Assembly (NCBI GenBank): GCA_036172245.1
Contig: JAYWIR010000010.1
Coordinates: forward strand, 4,898,001 to 4,962,000
Reading direction: 5' to 3'
Length of the DNA stretch: 64,000 nt
Source of the DNA: Raillietiella orientalis
Taxonomy: Eukaryota
Numbering within the stretch: position 1 is the stretch's first letter; each line of letters starts with the position of its first letter. Under the pieces are notes generated by a model. It was not told where the DNA came from. It was given only the letters and a program-made list of their open reading frames with translations, and did not search any database. The translations under genes were made by a program, and so were the position numbers. Shown here one piece after another: positions 53,301 through 64,000 of this stretch.

Positions 53301-54470
53301 ATTCTGGGAGCCAACGAAAGTCACTATGATGAACTGCTAGTAAATAAAGCATATGGCTGCATTGGTAAGACCTATCGCTCTCCTGGAAAAAGCGATATTT
53401 GTGAGAAAGATCTCTGGCTGAAGCAATGCAGGAAATCTAGAGATCCATGCCTGAACGATGGCTACTCCGGACCAGAATGCAGGTGTGTTTGTCCGCGTGG
53501 AACGCAAGGAAAGAAATGTGAACGGAAAATAGGCGAATACTATCGTAAGTGGGGCAGTGTTTGTTGGTTTCGATTCTTCGCCGGTCTTCCTTTGAGGAAG
53601 TCTTTTCTGGGCGCACCTCTCATTCCGATTAACTGAAAATCATAAACCGCAACACTGAATTCAGCCTTCCCTGCTTCTGACTGCTCGAAGCAACCACTGA
53701 ATCTGGCGAATTTCTCCCAGCACCCAATCCGCTGGACTGCGGAGGAGAATTGACAACAGAAACTTCGATAGCCACACCTGAAGGACACGAAAGGGGCGCA
53801 TGCATTTGGCTGATGAGAGCGCCGAAATGCCATAAGGTCCAGATGACGATCCAAGAAGCTACGTTTTACTGGAAAGAGAGGTGCAGCTTGGAGTCCCTCA
53901 CCCTTCGCACAGAAGACATTTACAAAGGGAAAACGTTCGCATTCTTGGTTGTACGCTCTCTTGTGTGCATTTCTTTGGGTCAGCTGTTCACTTGTCTTTT
54001 CCGGTGCGTTCCTCACGTGTAAGCGAAGGCATTGCATCTCCCCACCTTCTGAAGCTCACTCCCCATTTCACGGAACCGGAATTCAATCATGCCTTTCTGT
54101 CGGGAACGGGTCTTGACGATGGTACACTTTGATCTCAGCCAAAAGGCCGAGAAGCGATGGTTGTGTTAGTTACCCGCTATTAGGTGTCGCGTTCCTTGCA
54201 TGAAAGGAGGAGTAAACAACTGCCTAATGTTGCAAGTTACTTGGAACCACTCGTATCATTCATGAACTGAATGAAAGAAAATCGCATTGCAGCCTACATC
54301 CTGGCACTTTTCATGGATATATAACAATTTCCAGATACTGCAAAAACAACCAATTGCCAAAAGGGACAGGCATCGAATCAGCCACAGAACAGATGGTGGT
54401 TCACTGAAACAGAGTGGTGAGGAGAGGGATCACAGGATTGCAAGCAGATGTGAAATTCATTAAAGGAAGG
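50304..54470 (+). pseudogene. Astacin-EGF-CUB metalloprotease (blastula protease 10/SpAN-like) pseudogene
   Basis: Prodomain LFVGDLLLTKEQ..LWP (50642-50735), TCIRF and G.SANIGYIGG..QFVNL..EC (51620-51796), SELGHSTGMSHEQSRPYRD and Met-turn SIMQY (exon 52126-52320), EGF CLNDGY...CVCPRGTQGKKCE (53448-53522), CUB CIWLMRAP...CSLESL and YC (53750-54465). In-frame TAA near 50396, TGA near 54405 and frameshifts near 50745, 51620 and 51690. Confidence 0.85.
54123..54158 (-). pseudogene. U2: 5' fragment (nt 1-36) of U2 snRNA
   Basis: Reverse complement reads ATCGCTTCTCGGCCTTTTGGCTGAGATCAAAGTGTA, the conserved U2 5' end (stem I), then similarity stops; flanked by direct repeat CGATGGT (54117-54123, 54155-54161). 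Confidence 0.9.
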
Positions 54471-55599
54471 TGCTGAATTCAGCTCACGGCCCCTTTCTGC
54501 GGTCAGCGAGTGCATTTAGCGAAAGGCATGTTCTGAGTAATTGCATATCTTTGCGAAACTCAGAGGATGCCGATACCAATATGTAACTTGGATTGTCTGT
54601 AGGCTCCGTCTTTGCTTTCTTGCTGATGCACGTGGACATCCACATATCTGTCTCGAATCCACAGGTGCAATTTTTTGCCGTGGAAAATGAAAATGTCTGA
54701 GTTTGTTTGATGCAATGAATTGGAAAAATGGTGAATGCTGAGGCATTGTATTTCGATGCTTTCGAGGCGTGGAATGGTGCAGGAAAGGGCGTTTCCGTGA
54801 CGAACACATTGTGTGCGGTATTCTTCCGTTTTACTAGGCTCTGCTAAGAGTCAGCCAGGCTAGGCAGCAAGAGGAAGCTCTATTGACCGGTTCCCTAAGC
54901 CAAGCAGGGAATCGCATCCTCCCATAAGTTTCGCGTGGCCCCGGTGGACGTCAGTGGGCTGCACAACGACGGAAAAACGCGCGATGGAGCCCACGTCTTC
55001 CGATCCATCGAATCGGAACTCGCGAATAAATCCACAAAATCTCTCCGGGTGCAGTCAGCGGTGATTTTTAAAAATTTGAAAAGGCGGTTGCCATGGGAAT
55101 GCAAAGAGAAGTTCAAGCAGAGGGTCCGCCGACACGCACGTCGGTAAGCACCAAGAATCCAAGATGTGCGGGAAAGGACAACTAATAAATAAATAGGAAG
55201 AGCACCCTCTTCCTATTCAGTTCAAGAGTCTTCGGTTCCAGCCATTCCCTCTTTCTGGAACCTCTTTCAGGTTAGGAAACACGAAACTCCTGACGGCTAC
55301 AAGACGAGCCCGTTGGTGAAGCCGGAACTACACGTTTACAAGCAAAAGGACTCCTTCGCCGGAGTGACGCAGAGCTCGTAGCGTGCCGACCTGGTTTATC
55401 ACTCGGTCACGCAGGGACATTTTTAAAAAAAATAAACATACATGCGAAGGGCAATCGGCCCTACATTGTCCGAAAATGCTTCGAACCTGTCAACGAATTG
55501 GCACGTAGGCCGACGAGGTTCGCCTCGGCGGCGGAGAGAGAGGGGGCAAACAAAAAATAAAAACAAAACGAACTAAAACACAAAGGTGTATAGAAAAAA

Positions 55600-57950
55600 T
55601 TAGGAGGGTTAGGGAAAGGATAACCGTGTGCTGGAAGGAGTTCTCTGGATCCTTCCCAGTATGCCAAGAAGTTTGCTCTGAGTGTCTTAGGTAGAGCCAC
55701 CTAGCTGTCTTCCTCAGGAAGCGCAGGGCGAAGCAGTTGGCATCCCCATCGTGCCGTCCTCCTCTCGTGTAACGTTAGGCTGCCACAATCCCACGTATGC
55801 AGCAAAGAACTGTTAGTGATGCGACATGGAGAGAGTTCCTCGCAACAGGCGCAACAACACCTCTCTGAGATTGTTCTTTGATGCTCCAAGGGCCGTTGCG
55901 AGGAGCAGTCACAAGGGTCGGAGAACAACAGAGTCTACAAGCAGGTGCGGAAGGGTTTCCCGTTCCCCTCACCTGCCGCATCCGGTCTCACTCTCCCCAG
56001 ACTCCAGTGATGTCGGCGTGTGTTTCATGGGAAGCCCCAGTGCAACATCATCAATGCCGATTCTTACCATTTTAGGGGAAAGATGGTCGTGTTCTTCAGC
56101 ACTCCACGCCATCGTTAGGCATGCCGAACAGGTCGTTCCATCGTTGTGGTCCATGTGGGCGTGCACGATGTCGGTGTCGTGGAGTCCGCTATGTGGCCCA
56201 TGGTCCATCCGCTCATCATCTTCTCTCTGCTTGCGATACTGCAAATGACCTGTTTTTTCGGCGTCTGGATGCTGCCCAATGCCCCAAGTGTGGAAGCAGC
56301 GTTTCCGCACCTTCCACACTTTGAAGCGCAACCCCTCCGGAGACAATGTTTGCGCGCAGGTTGCAAGGAAAGCCCCAATGCACCAGCAGAAGCGCGCCCT
56401 GTTTCCATCGGAGCGGGAACACAGATGCGTCCACGCACAAACAAGGGTCCACAAGTTGTTCTGTGGGCACACTGAAGAGTTCACACCAGCGAAGGACTCT
56501 CATGGGAACATTGCTAGGCGTGGCAGCTTCTGCCAGCCTGCTCGGCGGGAGAATTTGCACCGCCATCGAACACACCGTTCCCTCGAAAAAGGAAGGCCTG
56601 CTCTCCTGAATCATGCAGAGAGCCGTCTCGAGATTGGATTCTGAAAAATTCGACCTTTCCGCTGCCATCTTTAGAAGTGCTTGCTCTTCCTTTCCACCTG
56701 TCAGCATGATCATCTTCAGGTGCTTGGTCAAGTCGGCGAGCGAGCCTTTCACCGATTTCTGATACATCAGCATCTCGCTGAAGTCCACGCCTTCCGGGTG
56801 TCTCTGGTGAGCGTCGCTTGTGCCGACGCAAGGTGACGACCCTTCCCTCTTCCCCGCTGCTCCATAAATGAAGCAAACACTAACTGTCCAGGAGAACTTT
56901 ATTAGATTTGGAGTTGGGCACCTCCCCCAAAGTGCCCAACGGAACGCTTACTTGGGCGGGTGGTTCCTGGTAAATTCTCGCCAGGCACGCGACTCCTGGA
57001 AAACGGCGGAAGGGTGACTCGGACAGACCCCTTAACTTACCCAAACAACCACAAGTGGAGGTTCCCGTTCCTCCTCCGGGCAGCAGTAAGCACCCCCACC
57101 GGCGCTTTCCCAGCAGCGTGCACTGCCCCCCGACGATGCACGCTGCGGACTCGCATCCAGTTCCACTTCGGGTTCTTGCTTACTGTGCTGCTCCCACAAC
57201 TCTTTTATCGCCATGAAGATCTGAAGAGGAAAGAAGAGAAAAAAATAAGAAAGAAAATAGCCAAATGAATTACCTCATTGCGGCGCCAGAAAGCGAATGC
57301 CGCGGCTCCTAAAGCGCAGACGGCAATTCCGACTCTAGAAACACCTGATCTTAGAAACATCTTCAAAAAAAACAGAAGGTTTTTTTTTCTCTTCCACCTT
57401 TAGAGTCTCCTAGGTAACCGTGAAAAGCTCAAAAGGGGCGGTAATTTTGCTGCGCCCAGTCGGTTGCGCATCATGAAACAGTGCCCCGTATCCGTGGAGA
57501 AAACCAGGAAAAACAAACAAACAAACAAACAAGAGGAAAGAAATAAAAGAAACGCTGGCTCCGAACCGCCGGTGGTCACCCTTTCCCGAGGAACTTTTGC
57601 TACCGCATGCGTGCCGGTCCGTGACTGGAACGAACCACGAATGTTGCACGTCCTTTACCCCTCAATCCGAATGCCTCGACGTGGTGATGCGCGTGTGAAG
57701 TGCACGAGGCACTCGCGTGCCCTGGCAGCATGCATTCGAAGACACCGCACGCAGTGGGCTGCCAGGCGGACACCGACAACCCGCGCGCACCTCGCATCAC
57801 CCTCTGAGATGTGCTTTCGAGAGCGGATGGAACACGAAGCGCTTTGTCTTTTTCCTGCCAACCTCACAACCGGGAACACCTCGCTTGGCAAGGATTTCGT
57901 TGCCAGTTCCTGCTGCGGCCTATCCCTCGCGATGTCGCTATGCAATTCCG
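55600..57950 (-). mobile_element. Degenerate DNA-transposon composite, copy 2 (THAP, P-like exon, SWIM, YqaJ-like nuclease remnants)
   Basis: - strand: THAP-like GDARCARV...ARECLVHFT (about 57690-57830); same P-like exon as copy 1 (57035-57215); ATPS...DGNRARFCWCIGAFLATCA SWIM-like (56350-56530); CRITNSS (55806-55826, RITAS) and ARWG (55743-55754) of YqaJ/lambda-exonuclease domains. Confidence 0.45.
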
Positions 57951-58199
57951 GTCACGAGAAACGTCCGCGTTTCTCGCTTCCCGAAAGCCTCTATCATCAG
58001 CTCGGTTATCGCCATCACGTCTTCCTGCTGTTAGCTTGACCCCGGTCTCGTGCACCATTGCGCGTGGTCTGAGCGCTTCGATTCAGCTTATTCCTCGTGC
58101 ACTTCCTGTACTTTCCAGCAGGGAATATGCCTGCGCCCGCGCTTCCAGACGAAGAGACAGTAGCGGACAACTTGTGCGGTCACGGAGCCCAATTCCTGA

Positions 58200-60250
58200 A
58201 TTCCTCGAGGTTTCGTAGCAGATGTGTCCGCAGCTTTCCAGGTTGTGCTGGACAATCGGCATTCGAATGGGAAAGGCGGAGCTTGCGAGTGGACGATTCT
58301 CGGAACGCTTCGCTGGGTTCGCACCGTCCGCACACCAAGAGACGGTACGGGTGCGGCCGCTCTCTCTCTAAGCCCCCCTAATTGGCCGCAAAGAGAGGCT
58401 TCCCGTTTGGCACGCAGAGGCTTTCGCGCATTCCAGCAGGACGGCAAGCGCGTGCTCGTGAGCGCACACTGCGAAAGTGCATCGCTGATACGTTCGTGTG
58501 GGAGACTCATCGCGCAACGCCCATGTGGAAAAGCAGCCTGCGTCCATGGCGTGCTGTTTGACGCAGCTGGGAGTCTCTTATGTGCGAGGCTCCGGTCTGC
58601 TCACTTCCCTACTGCTGCTGGGCACCATGCCCACACAGAGAGGTGTCCGACGAAGGACGGAATAGCCTGCATTCCGTGCGACCGCCACGTCGGCGACTCT
58701 CGTTCCCGGCTAAACAGAGAAAGGCAGAAACCGCAAAACGGTGTGCACCCTTCTCCCACAAACCATGGCGATCAGAGAAGGAAGGAAACTCTCCGTATTG
58801 CAGGCTTATCGAAGTCCAGGGAAAACACAATCCGTTGAAGAGGTCGAAAAATGCAATATTTCTCGCAGCCATTTTCTAATCGTTTCAGTTGCAATAGAGC
58901 AGAGTGGCGTCTCCCGTAGATCACCACGCTGGTCAGCTGTCTGGCCAATGTCGAGAACATCCGCGTTCTGGAATGTCGTGCCTTTACCTGGAGTGCGGTG
59001 AGCTGACAGGCCACAAAGTAAAAAACGACTCTTCCTTGAGAGAAATGCAGGGATGTCGGGATGCGTTTCCCCGTCGCAGCGAAGCAGAGGGTGAATAAAC
59101 GATTGTTTCAGCCACTGGGAGAAACCAGGTTGTTTTCATTCATGCGATAGGAACCAGGTTCAAAAAGGCTACGTCTACACACGTTACTGCCATCGTGCAA
59201 GCCATGCAACTGACGAGGATCCTGGTGCGTACACCCAACATGGTCCGAAACACCCTCGATCACTTTAGTGTCTCCGAAGCAAAACGAATGCTTCCGCGTT
59301 CAGAAGAACGGCGTGTTTTCCAAGGAAAATTAAGCAAAGCGGCACGCGGGAGAAACCTCATCTTGGTCGGTTGAACCACCGAAAGCTACCTCATCAGTGC
59401 ACCGAAGGTTCCTACGATGGTCATTCCGGTACGTTCTTTCATCGAAGAATACGATTGTCCTCGTGGATGCGAGGCTTGGAGTTTTCAAAGGGAGACGGAA
59501 CGCCGATTCATGGAGCAACTCCCTAAGCACAGCGAGGGCGAGAATCGAACTACCAATGAAGAGAAAACGCGTAGCATGGGATAGGAGGAGTCCTTGGATA
59601 TGCCCTCTTCCACTTCTTCCGATCAAGCAACCCCTAAATGCTGATGGACCCTTTCGCCATCTCCATCAATGCGTGAGAAAGGTGTCCTCCCTCCACGTCT
59701 GTGTAGAAAAGACGCGAATTTCTGACACCATGTAGACATCGCAGCAGTAAAGGCTTACCTGCTCTTCCCTCAGCCATATGCACGAAGCTGCGAGTGCATG
59801 AGGTGGATAAGTAGAGCTAAATTCTCCACTCTGAATATTCAGCACCTAGTGCCTCCCAGAAAGCGGACTGCTTCATGAGAGCAATTGGAGCTGCCTCTTT
59901 GGCCATTTCGCCAGTTCAGAGAATTTTACACGTATTGCAGAAGTTATTCGGCCGATGGCAACCGAAGTGACAGAGGATACACACCTTGCCACCTGAGAGG
60001 TCGTGGGGCAACGTAGCTCCGTGGGTGGAACGTGGACAACGCCCACGTTCCACCCACGAAGTGCTCAGAGATGCGAACCTCCAGGTGCTTCGCTGCAAGT
60101 CTTCTCTCCTTTGCAAGGTTCCAAATCCTCGAAGACGGGTGCTGCGCGCACTCGTTTTCCTCCAGCATTCTCCAATTTGTCGTGCGGGAGCACGAGTTGG
60201 AGTGATGGAGATCCGGAGACGCGAAGGTATCTTCATTCTTTTTTTTTTCT
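58200..60250. mobile_element. ISL2EU-like remnant: SWIM/YqaJ-like ORF (+) convergent with a THAP domain (-)
   Basis: + strand QDGKRVLVSAHC...C (about 58437-58500), SPRW...RTSAF (about 58920-58970), FIH (about 59135); - strand RIWNL...VRISEHFVGG..HPRSYVAP (about 60000-60130), matching the THAP C-terminal CS.HF..G...P.YVP pattern. No TIRs located. Confidence 0.35.
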
Positions 60251-63200
60251 CCTCCCCCCTGATACGGCCGTGGTTGGGCAAGGGATCCAACCACGAAGAT
60301 TGTAATAGTTCATTCTGAAATGAAATATATTCCCCAGCGCACCCCGTTGGATATCCAGATAATCTGCCTGTTCCGCTGAATCCTCTAAAAGAGAGCCTAC
60401 TGCTTGCAATCTTTACACCTGCTCCTTCCACTGCTCGTCCTTTTAATCCTCGTTTTCCTTTTGTGCAATGTACGTTATCGTCTCCTGCTCCTCCATTCTG
60501 TCTTCCTCAAAGAAACTACCGCCTGAAACTTCAGCTTGTGCATCTCAGGCATCTGCTTTGGCTGATCTTGGTCGTTTCTTCCGTCTTCCTCTCCTTCTTC
60601 CTCGGAACTCCCGCGGGTCCTTTTCCGTATTCTCTGGCAGGACCAGTGACGACTGTAGCACCTGAGTTTGCTTTCGCCGCTTTTGCTCTTCATCCCGCTT
60701 TTGGCTCCCTTCTTCAACGTGGAACTTCATTACTTTTGCCTGCTGCTCCTGGTCAGACTCCTCCTTCGCGTTCAACTTCAAAACGATGCTTCTTGTCACG
60801 AGAAGAACATCTTCTACAGCACCTGCAGCTTCCTCCGGTTTTATCAGACTGATCGTAGGCCATGTGGTCGGCTCCCTGCTTCTTCAGACTCTGTTTGGCA
60901 GTGGCGCTTCCCATGCATCAGGATAACAGCAGAAGCAAACGCTCCACAGTGCGAGATACAGGCTTCACGAAAGAGGTTTGGCGAAGATCAGAGCAGAGAT
61001 GCATCATCTTGTGATCGGTGCTGCGACATCGAGAACCTCGTGTATGTGCGGCGTATCATCAAAAGAAAGGGTGCACGATGAAGAAGTGCTGCAGAGGTGA
61101 CAGCTGGGAAGGGTGAAGCGGCAGCATTTCCGGTGCGGAGAACGTGCGCGTAGCGAAGGCTTGCTTGAACGGAGGGAGGAAATGAAACGGCCAACGGCAG
61201 CGACGTTGTGCAGATGTGTCGTTTCGCGAGAAGCCAGCTATCCGACCGGCTTCCGCAATGACCGGGCCAGCTCTTCCGCGTTCCATCTGCAAAGCCTGCC
61301 GGCCTCCATCTCCGGGATTGCCATTCGGAAACAAGTGTTCCTTTCTTGTCGCAGACACGCGCGTTGTCGCGCCACTGCGCACGCAGTTCGGCGCAGGCTT
61401 GCGCGCAGAAAGGTTCGCTGATGGCCGAGGAAAAGATCAGGAAACTGAAGGTGTGCGCGGCAGGCGTTCCCGGAGAAACGAGCTAGCTCTCGAGGTGGCT
61501 GCTGCCTCCGCTCTGCACGACGTCATTCGTTGCCAAGCAGTCTGAGGAAGGAGAGGGCACAGCCGGCATTCAGCACCCTCCTCCGTTGCACAAAAGGCAG
61601 GCGCTGCGAAAAAAGCGAAGGCGGTTGCCGCCCTGTTGCTCCGCGCCGACGATCCGGGGCCGTCTTGCAGCGCCGGAGCAGGACAGCTCTCCTGCGTCTT
61701 TTCTGACGCGGCGCAAGGCGCATACGGTCAACACCTGGAGAAGATGGAATACACGCTTTCCTCCACGTTGGGATTTTCTCACACCTGATCGGTCTCGTCA
61801 AAAGTGTACCGAAAGCATTCCCAACGTTTGCACTCGGGATTCGTTTCTGCCTTCGGCATACATCCTTGCGAAAAAATCGCATCCACCTTCTTGGTATGCT
61901 CGGCATGCTGTCCAACGTGGCCCACTGCACGCTTCGCATCACGTCTCGCCGACCAGGAAGAGCAGCTGGACCTCCAGCAGGATCGCCCCGCGAACGGTAG
62001 CGTTTGCTTGCAGGAAACTGGGCACGCGGGCGAATAGCAAGCAGACGGGCCCGGAGTAACGGCGGCGGTTGCTGTACTGCTTCTGTAACAATTTCTGCCT
62101 CCAGGAAACAGTCGTGCATCGTGGCAAGGGAGCTGAGCCTGGATTGAAGCTCCCACGCGGCAATGATGCCTGAGGGAGCTTCTTGGGCAGCAGCATGCCA
62201 AGAAGGTGGAAGGTCTCGTGAGAGTTCAACTCCAGGAAGAAAGACTTGGGTGGTTGATCTACAGCGAGCTCGCAGGTACCAAGTGCCCTACGTCTACGCA
62301 GCCGCGAGCTCTTGGCTATTCCCCAAAGAGACTACCGATGCTCCCCAGTCCTCCTGAGAACACTTACATCTTACCTTTTGGTTTCGTATTCGGCGATTCT
62401 GCTGTTGCACTGGGGTTGTTTCTCTTCAAAGCCCCTCCGACTTCACTGGACCCGGGTTGTGTGGGAGCCCCAACTAGAGCCGGCACGGAGAGCGCGGATC
62501 CGCCCGCAGCTGAATGCGGATTCTGTGGCTCTCAGGCTTCCTGATGGTTAAACTTTGTTGTGCCCACCCTTGGGATACCGGGGACAATTGCAGGGGCGTT
62601 TGGAAGTGATGCATCTACCGCCAGCCGCGTCCCTAGCAGCTCATTGCGGCTAGAGCCGGATCGTGGCGGCCTGCAGCGACGCCTGGGAGACACGGACGCG
62701 CCATCGTTCCGCGTGGCCATTTGCTTCCCATGAAAAGCATTAAGATGGTCGCAGCTGGGAAGCGTTCAGCAACACCCCGCCGGCAACTTAGGAAACATGC
62801 AGAGCAACAGGCAGCGATCCCTTCCAAGCGTCTTCCCCCCATTTCTTCCTATTTGCTTTTTCATTTTGTTCCCGTTCTTGCTTGTCCTTCTGCAATTCTG
62901 CTGCGGACCAGCGAACCTGGCGAGTCTGCGCACATCCTTCGCGGCAATCCTTCCAACACCTCTGTCAATTCATTTTTCACAATCAACGCCCCGGAGCACC
63001 TTCGGATAACAAGCAAGCTTTCGAATATGCAGGAAAGTTTCTCTTTGTGATATGTGGGATGCGGCCTTCTCGTGGTGCAACTCAGATGATGTTGCCGTCC
63101 CTGTTCTGCTTTATTCCGGCGTAGCTTTTCTTTTCTTCGCAACAGCTCTGTGTAGGCGAAACAGAGCTGCAAATGTCGGGGCAGGCGACTCTGCACCAAG

Positions 63201-64000
63201 CGTGAGAGCGCGTCTCACCATGTCCTTGCAGATGTCCTTTGGCGATTGCAGAATGCACCCAACATGCCCTCCAGGGCAACATAATGGAACAACGGGTGTA
63301 GGAACGCTTACCTTTCAGCTGACCGAACGGCCCACCATGGTGGAGAAGAACTTTCTGCTATTGATGGTGGTGGATCCGTTCGGAAGTCGTTGAGCGATTC
63401 CTGCATTCATGCACGTGAGTTCAGCGAATTTCCCATTTGCTGACTGTCACCATACCTTCAAACACTTTTTTTGCAAACTTGTTACATTGCAACTTGCGAA
63501 AGAGTGAACCCCGGATGGATATTGGTCCTCCTGGCATATCATCCGTGGAGTGGCGTGAGATTAGGTGTCCTCCTTCGTTTTGGCTACAGCATCGTGAGAG
63601 GGTTTCGCGGCAAACAACTGGTTGTTCCTCTGAATGTGTCCATCTCAGCGGAACTTTGGTAATACTGCCCCAGAAGGAGGCTGAGTGGGTTTTCGAATGC
63701 AGAATTCTCTTTCCGAAAGAGATCACCATGCAAAACGCTTTTCTGCTCCTTCTTCTTGGCTTTCGCTTGCCCTCTCCTCACCCGCAAGGCCACTTGAGGC
63801 ATGAAGAATTCTGACATGGAGGTCTCCGCGAGACACGGAGTTCTAACCAGGGTATGCCGGGGCATTTATTTTACCATGTTTTTTTACAGAAAGCCTATTG
63901 ATAGGCTTTTCGATGCAAATGCTTATCGATGCTGGCCTATTATCAGGCTTTTCGTTTGTCGGTGCATTAGGAAATTTGCTAATGATTTTGTACTTCTATA

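Noticed and set aside
60450..63850. Charged and Cys-containing frames that may be more transposon or gene relics
   Set aside because: No motif series I can assign with confidence.
63890..63909. Short palindrome aaagcctat-tg-ataggcttt, possible transposon terminus
   Set aside because: Only 9-bp arms at the window edge; no partner end visible.
1..64000. CRISPR arrays, rRNA, tRNA genes, prokaryotic operons or horizontally acquired bacterial genes
   Set aside because: No repeat-spacer arrays or RNA genes seen; the bacterial-type LeuRS is the intron-containing nuclear gene for the mitochondrial enzyme.

Overview
Eukaryotic (animal, most likely arthropod/crustacean) genomic DNA with spliceosomal introns; no prokaryotic features or CRISPR arrays. 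Three intact intron-containing housekeeping genes can be reconstructed exon by exon in AT-rich, CpG-poor blocks: an F-box/LRR gene (- strand, 22728-24589), mitochondrial leucyl-tRNA synthetase LARS2 (- strand, 36005-41104) and MIX23/CCDC58 (+ strand, 44615-45342), the last two head-to-head. The rest is a CpG-rich graveyard of decayed genes (astacin-EGF-CUB protease, probable polypeptide GalNAc-transferase, Cys-rich GPI-type exons) and mobile elements: a full-length dead mariner, a rearranged mariner with two 3' ends, two Tx1/L1-like LINE remnants, a Gypsy pol remnant, and a cluster of THAP, P-like, SWIM/YqaJ and P2X7-ballast-like DNA-transposon remnants present partly in two copies. A 36-nt 5' fragment of U2 snRNA with a 7-bp flanking direct repeat lies in an intron of the astacin pseudogene. 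I see no intact novel multi-gene system; the best candidates for novelty are the duplicated composite DNA-transposon architecture, the U2 fragment and the very short (40-44 nt) introns. All protein-family calls are by-eye motif recognition, not database results.
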